A DNA stretch of 64,000 nt from a virus (IMGVR_UViG_3300025806_000014:19617-83616), one strand, 5' to 3'; numbered from the stretch's first letter, positions 1 through 9,874 are shown. The notes: generated by a model not told the origin, from the sequence alone. Program-made: numbers and translations.

Positions 1-334
1 CAACCTCAGAATCAGAATCAACAACTTCAGCGTCGCCTTCTTTATCTTCAGTACCTTCTAGTGATTTTGCTTTACCTTTGGCATTCATTTCATCTTCAAT
101 ATCTTCGGCTCTATCTTCTTCGATTTCATCCTCAGATATATCGTTACTTTTTGCAATTGTCTTAGACATTGCTTCGAGTTTTGAAAGAAGATCTTTCTCC
201 TTTTTTAACTCTTCTATACTGTCAAAACCAATCTTTTTGATCAATTCATCAACAGCTTCTTTTGTTACTTTTGCTGACTCAGTGATCGGTTGATCTTTTG
301 CAGTCATTGCAGAAAACTTTTTGATTGACTTCAT
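1..334 (-). CDS. Acidic protein, truncated by the window edge; possible prohead core/internal head protein
   Basis: Not in the ORF track. ATG at 334 reads MKSIKKFSAMTAKDQPITESAKVTKEAVDELIKK...EDEIEEDRAEDIEDE with no stop before base 1. GATATATAA late-type motif lies upstream (~355-363). Confidence 0.7.
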   Translation of the reverse strand, partial: MKSIKKFSAMTAKDQPITESAKVTKEAVDELIKKIGFDSIEELKKEKDLLSKLEAMSKTIAKSNDISEDEIEEDRAEDIEDEMNAKGKAKSLEGTEDKEGDAEVVDSDSEV

Positions 335-390
335 TTTAGTTATTTTTATTTTTTTTATATATCCATGTCTTAGTGAAAAGATATTCTATA

Positions 391-1896
391 TTAGAATCTT
401 ATGTTCTGAACTTCGAATGGAAACTTTTCTTCTTTATATATTGTTCGCCTAGCAATACCGTGGCGGTAGATATAATTAACCCAATCATGGTCTTCGGCTT
501 TATATCTAAAATCATCTATAAAATCATAGATTTTTACAACATCTTTCGATGCATGCTTTCTTAATCCTCTACCAATACTTTGTCTGATAATTACTTCAGA
601 TTTAAAACTTTCGGTAAAAAAGATATTATGTATATTTTTAATTGAAATACCAGTTGAAAAGGTACCATAAGATGCTACAATAATAACATCATCATTTTTT
701 TCCATTCTGCTTTTAAACTCTTCTCTTATATCTACGTTAACAGAGCCGTCTACATAGTAAACCTTCTTGTCTGTTATATGCCTTAATTTATTATATAGTT
801 TTTCACCGTATGCAATCTTATGAAATAGTACTAATGAATTAGATGTAGATTTTTTAATTACTTGACAAACAAAATCTAATCTCTTTTCACTTTGATTTAT
901 AAAATTTTGTTCTAATCCAAATAATCTTTGTCTATCTTGTGGATTTTTAGATAAAAATGAAAATGATTCCTTTTGTTCGTCTGTTGCATAATCCATATGA
1001 AGTTGCATAACTTTACAACTGGCAATAAAACCTTCTTGTTGTAATTGATTTGCTTTAACTTGAGTAACCAATGGGCCCATGGCAGACATTAAACTTAATC
1101 TATTAACAGTTCCTTTCTTAGGTATGGTTCCACTTAAACCAAATCTAAAATCACAATGCCAACACTTATCCATAATCTTTTGAATAGAATTTGCTTTTGC
1201 TTTATGAGTTTCATCTACAAATACAGCATCAAATTGGCTAAAGTATTCCTCGTCCTTTTTAACTAAAGATTGATAAGTACCAATAACTAGATTAGAACTT
1301 TTTCTTATTTTTACACCGGCATAAATTTGTTGAGTCTTTAAAGGAACTCCGCATTTATTATATTCATCAAAGTCACCAGTAGCCTGTAAGACTAGATTTA
1401 CATTAGGGACAATCATTAATATCTTTTTCTTATTTAGCTTGTCCATAAGATAAGCAACTACCATAAAAGATATTAGTGTTTTACCAGCAGATGTTGCTAA
1501 TTCCGCTAAACACCTTCTATACTTTAATATTTTAAAAGCTGCATCTATTTGGTATTCTCTAGGTTTAAATTCTGGTTGCTTTTTAAATATTTTAGTAACC
1601 CATTTCCTAAACTCGTCTTCTTTGATTTCAGTATCAAATATATTGGTTATATTATTTAAGGTAACAGGAAAGTCATAATCTTTACAGATATCTAATATTT
1701 CTTTCCATAGACCTGCAGGTATTTTATTTCTTTTTACAAATGATACATTACCATCCCATACTCTTTTTTTAACTAAAGGGTGAAAGCGCCAACCTTCAAT
1801 CTTTTTAGTTAAACTACTTTTTAGTTGTTCATACTCTAATTCAGTACAAGCATCAATAACTAAAAACTTTTTATTTTCCGAGAGGGATAATTCCAT
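391..1896 (-). CDS. uvsW: UvsW-like SF2 DNA helicase
   Basis: PREYQ Q-motif, Walker A LATSAGKT, DETH, SGT, RQSIGRGLR; 501 aa; adjacent to UvsY-like gene as in T4-like phages. Confidence 0.9.
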   Translation of the reverse strand: MELSLSENKKFLVIDACTELEYEQLKSSLTKKIEGWRFHPLVKKRVWDGNVSFVKRNKIPAGLWKEILDICKDYDFPVTLNNITNIFDTEIKEDEFRKWVTKIFKKQPEFKPREYQIDAAFKILKYRRCLAELATSAGKTLISFMVVAYLMDKLNKKKILMIVPNVNLVLQATGDFDEYNKCGVPLKTQQIYAGVKIRKSSNLVIGTYQSLVKKDEEYFSQFDAVFVDETHKAKANSIQKIMDKCWHCDFRFGLSGTIPKKGTVNRLSLMSAMGPLVTQVKANQLQQEGFIASCKVMQLHMDYATDEQKESFSFLSKNPQDRQRLFGLEQNFINQSEKRLDFVCQVIKKSTSNSLVLFHKIAYGEKLYNKLRHITDKKVYYVDGSVNVDIREEFKSRMEKNDDVIIVASYGTFSTGISIKNIHNIFFTESFKSEVIIRQSIGRGLRKHASKDVVKIYDFIDDFRYKAEDHDWVNYIYRHGIARRTIYKEEKFPFEVQNIRF

Positions 1897-2345
1897 TAGT
1901 ATTCTTTATCGTCTAAACTTATTCTATTACGAATAGCAAATGCTAAGTTATCACATGTCTTTATGCATTCTTGGTAATAGTCCATATGAGATTGTAGCAT
2001 TTCCATTTGTGTTCTTAAATGAGATAAGTCAGCTTTAATAAAAGCAACCTTTTCACCACTTGTTAATTTAACATCATAATCAATTGAATATTCTCTATAC
2101 TTGATTTTATAGTATCTGTCATATGCACCTTGTCTTTTTTGTTTTGTAGTTTTAAAATCAGTAATTTTATCCAATAGGATTTGTCTATAAGATAACATAT
2201 TTACTTGGCACTCGGATAAATTGCGAACTTCTTTTAGTAAACCAACCAAGTGGCTTATCTTTTCTTTCCAATCATCTCTATCTTTAGCTAATCTTTTTGC
2301 TAATTCTTCATTAGCCTCACCTGTTGCCATGTCATTATACTCCAT
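1896..2345 (-). CDS. uvsY: UvsY-like recombination mediator
   Basis: 149-aa helical protein with KLTSGEKVAFIKAD and a C-terminal LAFAIRNRI, resembling UvsY; position next to uvsW. Confidence 0.65.
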   Translation of the reverse strand: MEYNDMATGEANEELAKRLAKDRDDWKEKISHLVGLLKEVRNLSECQVNMLSYRQILLDKITDFKTTKQKRQGAYDRYYKIKYREYSIDYDVKLTSGEKVAFIKADLSHLRTQMEMLQSHMDYYQECIKTCDNLAFAIRNRISLDDKEY

Positions 2346-2567
2346 TTAAAATATACCTTTATCTTTATTAATCTTTTTAAAACCCTTTACTTTAGGCTGA
2401 AACTTCTTTTTAGGTGCTGGTATAGAAAAATTAGTTTTAACTTCATCTAATTCAGATTTACCAAATGTAGAAAAAAGTTTTAGTCTTTTACTATTACTTT
2501 CTAAATCTTTATAAAAGTCATCTATTTCTTCATTCACAAAATTATTATAATTTTTTAAACTCATCAT
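2346..2567 (-). CDS. Small hypothetical protein with capsid-targeting-like N-terminus
   Basis: ORF overlaps the primase stop; starts MMSLKNYNNFVNEE. Confidence 0.55.
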   Translation of the reverse strand: MMSLKNYNNFVNEEIDDFYKDLESNSKRLKLFSTFGKSELDEVKTNFSIPAPKKKFQPKVKGFKKINKDKGIF

Positions 2568-3637
2568 ATAAAAATAATATCTAATGAATCCTTTGTAAAA
2601 TATTTATCCAGGTCACCTAAGCACCCAGATCTATTACTGTATTCCCATTTAACTAAATCATTTAAATCTTTAACCTTTCTTGATGGAATGTCAAAATCCT
2701 TTAAAAACTTATCCCACATAAATACAGTTTGACCACCCTTAAGTTTTTCAATCATTCTTGTTTTACCTTCTAAATCATTATCAAAGAAATATCTTGCTGT
2801 AGGTATTTCATTAAATTCAATAATTTGTTTTTTAACTCCAGTTAAACCAATAGAGTTATTCATAAACATTGCATCAATAGGACCTTCAAATATTGAAAAA
2901 TCTCGAGACATATCAACAGTTAAGATTCCAAATAACATTGATATCTTATTTAGGTTATCTAATTCTTCTTCGGTAACTTTTAATGGTAATTTTAATCTGT
3001 CATAAATTCTTTCTATATTCCAAGTTTTATATTTAGGACCACCACTACCACCTAAGTCTCTAGTTTGGAATCCTAATATTTTACCTTCAGGTGTTAAATT
3101 AAAAACATATAGTTCTCTACGCCTTGGGTCAAAACCAAACCTTTCAGTTTTATGATGGAGAAGCCTACTCTTTAAATAAGGATATGCTTGGTATGTTAAA
3201 GTATTAATTGGATATACATTAAAACCTAAAGCTATTTCATCAAAAGTTAATGCTAATTCTTTTGCTTTATCAAAAAGATAAAAATCTAAATTTTCTCCTA
3301 ATGAAAAATGTTTACGATTTTCCTTAATATAATTAATAACATTAATTCTATCATCGCCTTCGAAGTTTTCATTATGTTCTGCTAAGAATACATCTAAGGA
3401 AGCATGAGCTGAACAATTATAACAATGAAAGTATAAATCATTCCAATAAATATTTCCTCTCTTTTTTCTTGGTGTATCATGAGAATCACCACAGTAAGGG
3501 CATGCAAAATTTAACCTACCTTTACTCTCCAATATTCTTCTCTTCTCTGGATGAGTATGATTAGTATGAAGAACTCGGACTACCTTATCGATAATCCGAG
3601 CTTTCATTTCAGAAGATATTATTACTTCCTCTGCCAT
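2564..3637 (-). CDS. DNA primase (T4 gp61-like)
   Basis: Zn ribbon CPYCGDS...FHCYNC; TOPRIM motifs EGPIDAMF, FFDND, KDLND. Confidence 0.9.
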   Translation of the reverse strand: MAEEVIISSEMKARIIDKVVRVLHTNHTHPEKRRILESKGRLNFACPYCGDSHDTPRKKRGNIYWNDLYFHCYNCSAHASLDVFLAEHNENFEGDDRINVINYIKENRKHFSLGENLDFYLFDKAKELALTFDEIALGFNVYPINTLTYQAYPYLKSRLLHHKTERFGFDPRRRELYVFNLTPEGKILGFQTRDLGGSGGPKYKTWNIERIYDRLKLPLKVTEEELDNLNKISMLFGILTVDMSRDFSIFEGPIDAMFMNNSIGLTGVKKQIIEFNEIPTARYFFDNDLEGKTRMIEKLKGGQTVFMWDKFLKDFDIPSRKVKDLNDLVKWEYSNRSGCLGDLDKYFTKDSLDIIFI

Positions 3638-3642
3638 ACTTA

Positions 3643-4566
3643 TTAAAGATCTAAACCATTAATGAAATCATCAAAGTCATCTTTCTTTTCTTCACCTTTT
3701 ACAGGTTCAGCCTTAGGAGTTTCCTTTGTTTCAGTTGTTGCTTTAGTTGCAGCAGCTTCAGTAGCTTGTGTATTTACTGGTGCCGGTTTTGATCTTGTGA
3801 TGTTTTGAATTGAATCACCTGGTGATGTGAATTGAGATAATACATTCATTACCTTTCCTCTTACTATATCATCCCATGCTTTATAACCCCATGTTGATAA
3901 ATCTGGTGCAGTACCTAACAACTCTAAAATTGCCTTACGGCTTTCATCACTGTTTGTAACCGCTTCACCTTCAATTGTCATTGGAGATTTATTTCCGTGG
4001 AATTTACTAGAATCATAATTTGGAAAACCACCTTTCTTTGAAATTACTAATTCAAAATTCTTGCCTTCAAAAGGATCGAATACTTGAGTAGGTTCATCAA
4101 ATTGTGGATTCAGTTCTTCATCAATTTTAGTTTTGATTTTATAACCAAACTTCATGATTTTAACCTGCCCTTCAAGATCTCTGTTTTGTGGATCTTTTAT
4201 GATTTGTACCAATGCATAGAATACTTCTCTACGCTTTAAACCTTCTGACATCTTTTTGTCTACAGCAGATTCAGAGTTTCTTAGTTTAAAGAACATATCC
4301 TGTACAGGACATTTTTCTCCAACCGTTGATGGTGAATCAGCATAAAAGCCGTTTCCCTCTCTGTCTTCTAACCAGTAGACATACTTTCTTTCAAATGGTT
4401 TTCTTGGGTTTTTAGCATTAGGTAGAAACCTAATTAAAGAACGGTAAGTTCCGTCCTGTCCTTGATCTGGTTTAGGTGAATAAAGATCACTCCCTGCGGA
4501 AGATGGTCTTTCACCAGTGTCTAAATCTTTTACACTTACGTTAAAAATGTCGAATTCATTTGCCAT
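3643..4566 (-). CDS. Single-stranded DNA-binding protein (T4 gp32-like)
   Basis: IRFLP, GEKCPV, FGYKIK, FDPFEGKNF, NYDSSKF and acidic tail DDFDDFINGLDL. Confidence 0.9.
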   Translation of the reverse strand: MANEFDIFNVSVKDLDTGERPSSAGSDLYSPKPDQGQDGTYRSLIRFLPNAKNPRKPFERKYVYWLEDREGNGFYADSPSTVGEKCPVQDMFFKLRNSESAVDKKMSEGLKRREVFYALVQIIKDPQNRDLEGQVKIMKFGYKIKTKIDEELNPQFDEPTQVFDPFEGKNFELVISKKGGFPNYDSSKFHGNKSPMTIEGEAVTNSDESRKAILELLGTAPDLSTWGYKAWDDIVRGKVMNVLSQFTSPGDSIQNITRSKPAPVNTQATEAAATKATTETKETPKAEPVKGEEKKDDFDDFINGLDL

Positions 4567-4736
4567 GTTAATTGCCTTTTTTTGTTATTATTAATTTATG
4601 ATAACAAACTCCGTATCTAAACGCCTTTTAATTTTTTATTGCCTATTTACTTCGCCTTGTTATCGCCTTTTAAAAAGTACCAATACTTTATTGATTCCTT
4701 TGTTTATTATATATCCCCTAAGTCAGTTTGTTTCAG
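4567..4736 (-). promoter_or_regulatory. gp32 promoter and long 5' leader with repeated AGGC motifs
   Basis: Minus strand has GAAACAA-N16-TATAA at ~4707-4734, then a ~135-nt A-rich leader with five AGGC(G/A) copies (plus-strand GCCT at 4574, 4623, 4641, 4654, 4665). Confidence 0.55.
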
Positions 4737-5017
4737 ACTATTTTAACATTTTTATCTATTATTGCAGTTACATCACGTTCTCTTATACTTAATACTGTTT
4801 CTCCTTTATATTTAAATTCACTACCAGCTAAATCATGAAAAAGTATTTTAATTCCTATTTTAAAATCTTTATCTTCTACCCCATCTCCTACTCCAGTGAT
4901 TGTACCTGAATACGGAGGTGCAAACATCCCTTCTTTTTTTAGTAAAATTATACTGCCTTGCTTCTCTGGTTGCTCATCTTTTTTTAAAAATATTCTATTT
5001 CCTAAAGGTTTTATCAT
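4733..5017 (-). CDS. groES: GroES-like co-chaperonin
   Basis: MIKPLGNRIFL, GSIILL, GTITGVGDG, ERDVTAII; 94 aa; Cpn10 pattern. Confidence 0.85.
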   Translation of the reverse strand: MIKPLGNRIFLKKDEQPEKQGSIILLKKEGMFAPPYSGTITGVGDGVEDKDFKIGIKILFHDLAGSEFKYKGETVLSIRERDVTAIIDKNVKIV

Positions 5018-5102
5018 TTTATTTTAATTTTTTTTATAGAAAGCTGAAACAATGTTAACATGTTGCAATATAATTTTTAACTATTCAGAGTAAGAAAAGT
5101 AT

Positions 5103-5762
5103 CTAATTGTTAGCCTTCAGGGCTTTAAGTATAAAGTAGGCATCAACGATGTCATCGATAGGTTTAGGTATTTTAATGCTGAAGTCTTTTCCTTGAGTCC
5201 ATTTCCAAAGTTTAGTGCTCCTTAAGTTCTTATCATTAAGGACATCATCTTGGAATGCTTTAGCCATATAATGTTTATTTGCATTTCCTTTCCCAGCAAG
5301 TTTCTTAACATGAGATGGTTGAAAGACAGATAAATTTTCTATAGAATACTTATCTATTAATTCTTTTCTTAAAAAAGTATTGTACTGAATAATGTCTATA
5401 AATGAATTACCCTTGGAGCCATAAGAAAATCCTTCTAATGCAACTGCTACCTTATCACCTTCAAATAAGGTTGAAAATATATTAACCATAAGTGAGCTAA
5501 TATTTCCTGCATCCTCTAACTTCTGTCTCTCTCTAGGTAAAAACTCTTTACTTGTAACTTCTCTATTATAAGGAAATCCTAATAAAGCATTATCATCCAT
5601 TAATTCTTTGTGTACACTGAATGCTTTAGGTATTTTTCTACCTTCTTCATCCCATATACGATTTCCGTAATTAAAAAAAGTTATAAAGTGATATTTGCCA
5701 TCGGCTGTTTCAACGCAGGCACCAGGACTATTTAATGAAAAGTCAATTCCTATGTGAATCAT
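5103..5762 (-). CDS. RuvC-like Holliday junction resolvase / RNase H-fold nuclease
   Basis: IGIDFSLNSPG, VALEGFSYGS, PSHVKKLAGKGNANK, DDIVDAY motifs. Confidence 0.8.
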   Translation of the reverse strand: MIHIGIDFSLNSPGACVETADGKYHFITFFNYGNRIWDEEGRKIPKAFSVHKELMDDNALLGFPYNREVTSKEFLPRERQKLEDAGNISSLMVNIFSTLFEGDKVAVALEGFSYGSKGNSFIDIIQYNTFLRKELIDKYSIENLSVFQPSHVKKLAGKGNANKHYMAKAFQDDVLNDKNLRSTKLWKWTQGKDFSIKIPKPIDDIVDAYFILKALKANN

Positions 5763-5767
5763 TCTAA

Positions 5768-6124
5768 TTATATTCTCTTGCCGATAACTGCACCTAGCGC
5801 AGCACCTACAAGACGTGAGGTTAATAAATCATACAGAACACCTTTAGTAACACCTAATACTTTAGCCACAGCTTTACCTATAGTTTTTCCTAATGCAAAA
5901 CCAGTTAAACCACCAAATATACTTCCTAATAAACCTTCATTGATTATCTCCTCAACACAGTCTTCTAAATTCTTACCTTCTTTTTGAGCTTCAAGAATTC
6001 GTTCTACTGCCATATCAATTGCAGCATCTTGTTCTTCTGTTAAATCATGAGATTCATTTAATAAATCTTCTATGTTTAAAGAATCTTCTTTATTTTCAAT
6101 TAGGTAATCTTTAAATGTTTTCAT
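5768..6124 (-). CDS. Putative internal head protein with glycine-zipper C-terminus
   Basis: N-terminus MKTFKDYLIE resembles the T4 capsid-targeting sequence; GxxxG-rich hydrophobic tail; AATATATAA late-type motif upstream. Confidence 0.6.
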   Translation of the reverse strand: MKTFKDYLIENKEDSLNIEDLLNESHDLTEEQDAAIDMAVERILEAQKEGKNLEDCVEEIINEGLLGSIFGGLTGFALGKTIGKAVAKVLGVTKGVLYDLLTSRLVGAALGAVIGKRI

Positions 6125-6148
6125 TGGTGTTCTTTATTTGTTTATATA

Positions 6149-6703
6149 TTAGTCTATGTTAACTACGACATCTAATACATTATATCCAAATGTTATATCA
6201 AAGGTTTGAAATTCTATCGTGTTACTTGAAAAATTTAAATCTAATGCACCTACTTCAGAGATAAACATATCTTTTAATTGCACAGTAACAAATATAGTTC
6301 CATCAGCATCTAACATTTGAACGCCTACACCTTCTGGTAAATATGGATGTTTTCCACTTAACTTATAGTAATAGTCAAACATTTCAATTGCCATCCAATA
6401 ATTTACATAGCCATCAAATGCTTGCATAGTAACTGTCATTGTTTTATCAAATAATTGTTGCTTAGGTATACTTGATCTAAATGCACGTTGATTTCCTGGG
6501 TAATCTACTTGGGTAACTGCATCAAAAGAAGGTCCTGGTAAATTAAGAGATTGAATTCCATAATTCCAATAATCTATAGGTTCTTTGATTATTCCGCCAG
6601 GTATTCTTGTAAGAAAAGGTTTATACTTTTTAGCAATTGGCTCAGGTATAAAATTTCTAGGGAAATCAAATTTAAATTGATTATTTCTTGCGCTTAATAT
6701 CAT
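6149..6703 (-). CDS. Tail tube/terminator-fold protein (gp19/gp3-like)
   Basis: IQSLNLPG, TMTVTM, LDLNFSS..FQTFDITFGY pattern typical of the tube fold; 184 aa. Confidence 0.55.
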   Translation of the reverse strand: MILSARNNQFKFDFPRNFIPEPIAKKYKPFLTRIPGGIIKEPIDYWNYGIQSLNLPGPSFDAVTQVDYPGNQRAFRSSIPKQQLFDKTMTVTMQAFDGYVNYWMAIEMFDYYYKLSGKHPYLPEGVGVQMLDADGTIFVTVQLKDMFISEVGALDLNFSSNTIEFQTFDITFGYNVLDVVVNID

Positions 6704-6712
6704 GATTAATTG

Positions 6713-7711
6713 TTAATATGTATTTCTATCTGGATCAAATCCATTTCCTGGTCTACCATCAAATAAGTCAGGCTTAATCATAGATCCAACTGAAGTTCTT
6801 CCAATAGTAAAATTCTGTAAATTCTTAGCTGCATTTCTAAAAAAGAATCTCTGTTTAGATTTAGTTTGTGCAACTATTGCTTTCTTCTTTGAAGCCATTA
6901 TTTGTTGCTTTCTTAGTTTTTGTCTATTAGCAGCTGCTTGTGCCTCTTTGGCTCTACGGTTGATTAATTCTATAGTAGTGGACTTTAAGTCTTTAGATAA
7001 TTCTGCTATTTCATTTGTTAATTCTTCATTACTATTTTGTAATCTTATTATAGTAGCATCATCTTCTTCACCTGAATTAATTAATTCAGCATTTTCTGCT
7101 TTTAATCTAGTGTTTTCATCTTGTAACTTTGCTAATAATATACTATATTCTACTCTCATTTCCTCAATCTGTCTAGTAAGAGATATTCTATTTGCATCAT
7201 CTACAGCTAGCCATATACCTTGATATAAAACTGATTCATCAGATGTAGATCCATCTTCACGATCAACCATTCTTGTAGATATGTAAAAATTATTGTTAGA
7301 TAATGCTAGTATTTTTTTACTATCTGACCTAGTAATTCTAAAAAGTACCTCGCCTTTTGATAAATCTATTTCATCAACTTGAGTATGGTTAAGTATATCA
7401 ATTTCATCCTCTTCACCAATAAAGTTTAAATATAAATCACCTACATTACTTAAATCAATAGGAGTGTCCTCGCCATCAACTTCATCAAACATTGTAAAAA
7501 GATAATAATCATCGAATAAAGATATTCTAATTGTACCATCACCTGAAGGTAAAGGCATTTCATTAACTGAAAGATTAACAAATTTTTGATAAAATTCCTT
7601 TTCAGTTTTAGTTAATGATATATTAGTTCTTACACCACCAACTACCTGTTTAGTTTTAGCTTTCTTTTGTATTTGTTCTGCTTGTGATAATTTACTCTGT
7701 CTCGCTGCCAT
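6713..7711 (-). CDS. Hypothetical protein with coiled coil, probably structural
   Basis: 332-aa ORF in the virion block with a heptad-rich C-terminal half. Confidence 0.6.
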   Translation of the reverse strand: MAARQSKLSQAEQIQKKAKTKQVVGGVRTNISLTKTEKEFYQKFVNLSVNEMPLPSGDGTIRISLFDDYYLFTMFDEVDGEDTPIDLSNVGDLYLNFIGEEDEIDILNHTQVDEIDLSKGEVLFRITRSDSKKILALSNNNFYISTRMVDREDGSTSDESVLYQGIWLAVDDANRISLTRQIEEMRVEYSILLAKLQDENTRLKAENAELINSGEEDDATIIRLQNSNEELTNEIAELSKDLKSTTIELINRRAKEAQAAANRQKLRKQQIMASKKKAIVAQTKSKQRFFFRNAAKNLQNFTIGRTSVGSMIKPDLFDGRPGNGFDPDRNTY

Positions 7712-9074
7712 TGGTTTGTGTTATTGTTTGAATTTTAACTGGAGAAATTGCAGCTTTAACTTTTATTCTATCCCTAAAGGTAGTTACATAACTAGTTTTT
7801 ACTACTAATTTCTCTACAATTTGCTCAGTGGTATCTACATTAAGTGTTTCTGCACCACTACCACCACCGACTACAATTTGTTTTCCCGTATCATTATTAA
7901 TTCTATTATATACATTAGCAACCGTTGGTACTACTCCTAAGTTAACTTGTATCATATTAGGTCCATAAATCTGTGGTTCAAATGATGTTAGCTTAGCATT
8001 TTTAATTATCTGTGTAGCATCAGCTTTATTGTATAATCTTAATACATAATTTATAGAAAATGAAACGGCTTTATTTGCATTCTTAATAATAGGCCTAAAT
8101 AATACAGGTTCATCAAATTCAGTATCTTGAGTTATAACTTGAAAACTAGTCTGTGTAAATACTTGCCCAACCTGTTCTGTAACACTTATTTCATGAAATA
8201 CTACATACTGTCCACCGGAAGAATTTAACTGTGCAATAAAATTACTAAAGGTAGATCCTGTTACTTGCCCTGATAATTCAAAGTAATCACCATTATCTGA
8301 TTGAATTACTTGTGCATATAAATTATCATAGATATCTCTACTTAATATGGAAACCGAATTGATTTCTTGCATTTCATAAAAGCTATACGCGTTTTCAACG
8401 ATAGTTTGATAAATACCGGTTGCTCTTAGTGTAATTGGTGGAGTACTTAAAAATCCTTGTCCTTCAGTTATTTTATAAGCTACTCCATTAGGTTGAGATG
8501 CACTAAATAAATTATTCATAAAATATAGTGAAGGTACTCGCCATTCAATATAAGTAGCATAAAGCTTATCAGCTAATAAGAGTGGTTCTGGGCTAAACGT
8601 TGGTGTATCGGTTTTAAGAAAATTAATCGATGCCAGGTTTAACATAACATTATCTCTCCTAGGAGCTAATGCTTCAAATACAATACCATCAAATCCTTCA
8701 AAATTAAATCCAGCTACAAAATGTATTTTTATTTTATCATAAGCTACATCTAATTCTGGACTAAATGTTTGTAAAAGATCTGCACTATCAGTTAATGCTG
8801 AACTAAAATCATTATAAGGAACACCAATGTCTGTGTCCAATGAAACATACTGAGTTTTAGTAGCATTGTTAGATGCAGCTGATATATCTCTATAATTACC
8901 CATCACAGCAGAAACACTATCTGTATTAAAGAAATAAGTTCCTTTAGTATTAGTATCTCTCATAAGCTCAATAGGGTACGATGCTGTATTAAACGTAGTA
9001 GGCGTTGCCTGACTAGTATACACATACTCTATAAGTATTTGCTCAGATATTTGTATAAACCTTGATGATTCCAT
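7692..9074 (-). CDS. Hypothetical virion protein
   Basis: 460-aa beta-rich ORF in the structural block. Confidence 0.6.
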   Translation of the reverse strand: MESSRFIQISEQILIEYVYTSQATPTTFNTASYPIELMRDTNTKGTYFFNTDSVSAVMGNYRDISAASNNATKTQYVSLDTDIGVPYNDFSSALTDSADLLQTFSPELDVAYDKIKIHFVAGFNFEGFDGIVFEALAPRRDNVMLNLASINFLKTDTPTFSPEPLLLADKLYATYIEWRVPSLYFMNNLFSASQPNGVAYKITEGQGFLSTPPITLRATGIYQTIVENAYSFYEMQEINSVSILSRDIYDNLYAQVIQSDNGDYFELSGQVTGSTFSNFIAQLNSSGGQYVVFHEISVTEQVGQVFTQTSFQVITQDTEFDEPVLFRPIIKNANKAVSFSINYVLRLYNKADATQIIKNAKLTSFEPQIYGPNMIQVNLGVVPTVANVYNRINNDTGKQIVVGGGSGAETLNVDTTEQIVEKLVVKTSYVTTFRDRIKVKAAISPVKIQTITQTNGSETE

Positions 9075-9088
9075 TCTATTCTATTTAT

Positions 9089-9874
9089 TTACCATTGCAA
9101 AAGCTTTGGGTTCCAAGAAATTCCTATTCCGATGTATGGTCCAAAATTACCATCACCAGTAATTCCCATTCCCATATTAACACCTAATCCAAAAGGTTTT
9201 CTATTTTTCATTTGTATACTTTTAAACTCAGGACTATTTTGATCAATCATAATTCCCTGAGTATTATTAAATGTTGTACCAGGATAATCAGAAGTTAATT
9301 TAATAAAAACTTCCTTTGTATTTAAGTCCTGTGACAGCGTAGCATCTAACCATATATTTTGTTTCAATCCTATGGTAGCAGAACCGAACATTAAACTATC
9401 AGTAAATGTATAAGGTAAAGATACATCAATTAATCTTGAGCTTTTTTCCCAATCACTTTTAGAATTAAAACTTAATACCGATTTAAACTCCACACCATCT
9501 TGTTTAACAACAGTGTCTTTTGATTTGACTGGAACTTCTACTATTCTTTCTTCTACGATTGTTTTGTATTTTACAATTGTTATAGGAGGTCTATTCTTTT
9601 CAAATTCTAAACTATCTCTTAATTCTTCTAAGGATAAATTAAGACCTTTTATTTCACCAACTGATTCTCCATTTTCATTTACATAATTACGAATGGTATC
9701 ATTAGCTGCCTCAAGATTATTTTGAAACCTAGTAACTTCACCCTTTGCCTGTTCAGTTTCATTGCATTGCCTAACTAGTAAAAATAATAACACTATGATT
9801 CCTCCCAATAAAAACATCCTAGTGTTCTTTGGGTCTGTTAGAATACCAAGAATATTTTTAATAATTAAAATCAT
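9089..9874 (-). CDS. Membrane-anchored protein, candidate spanin-like lysis protein
   Basis: N-terminal TM helix ending VRQC, coiled coil, and C-terminal amphipathic beta-hairpin FGLGVNMGMGI...PYIGIGISWN..W. Confidence 0.5.
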   Translation of the reverse strand: MILIIKNILGILTDPKNTRMFLLGGIIVLLFLLVRQCNETEQAKGEVTRFQNNLEAANDTIRNYVNENGESVGEIKGLNLSLEELRDSLEFEKNRPPITIVKYKTIVEERIVEVPVKSKDTVVKQDGVEFKSVLSFNSKSDWEKSSRLIDVSLPYTFTDSLMFGSATIGLKQNIWLDATLSQDLNTKEVFIKLTSDYPGTTFNNTQGIMIDQNSPEFKSIQMKNRKPFGLGVNMGMGITGDGNFGPYIGIGISWNPKLLQW

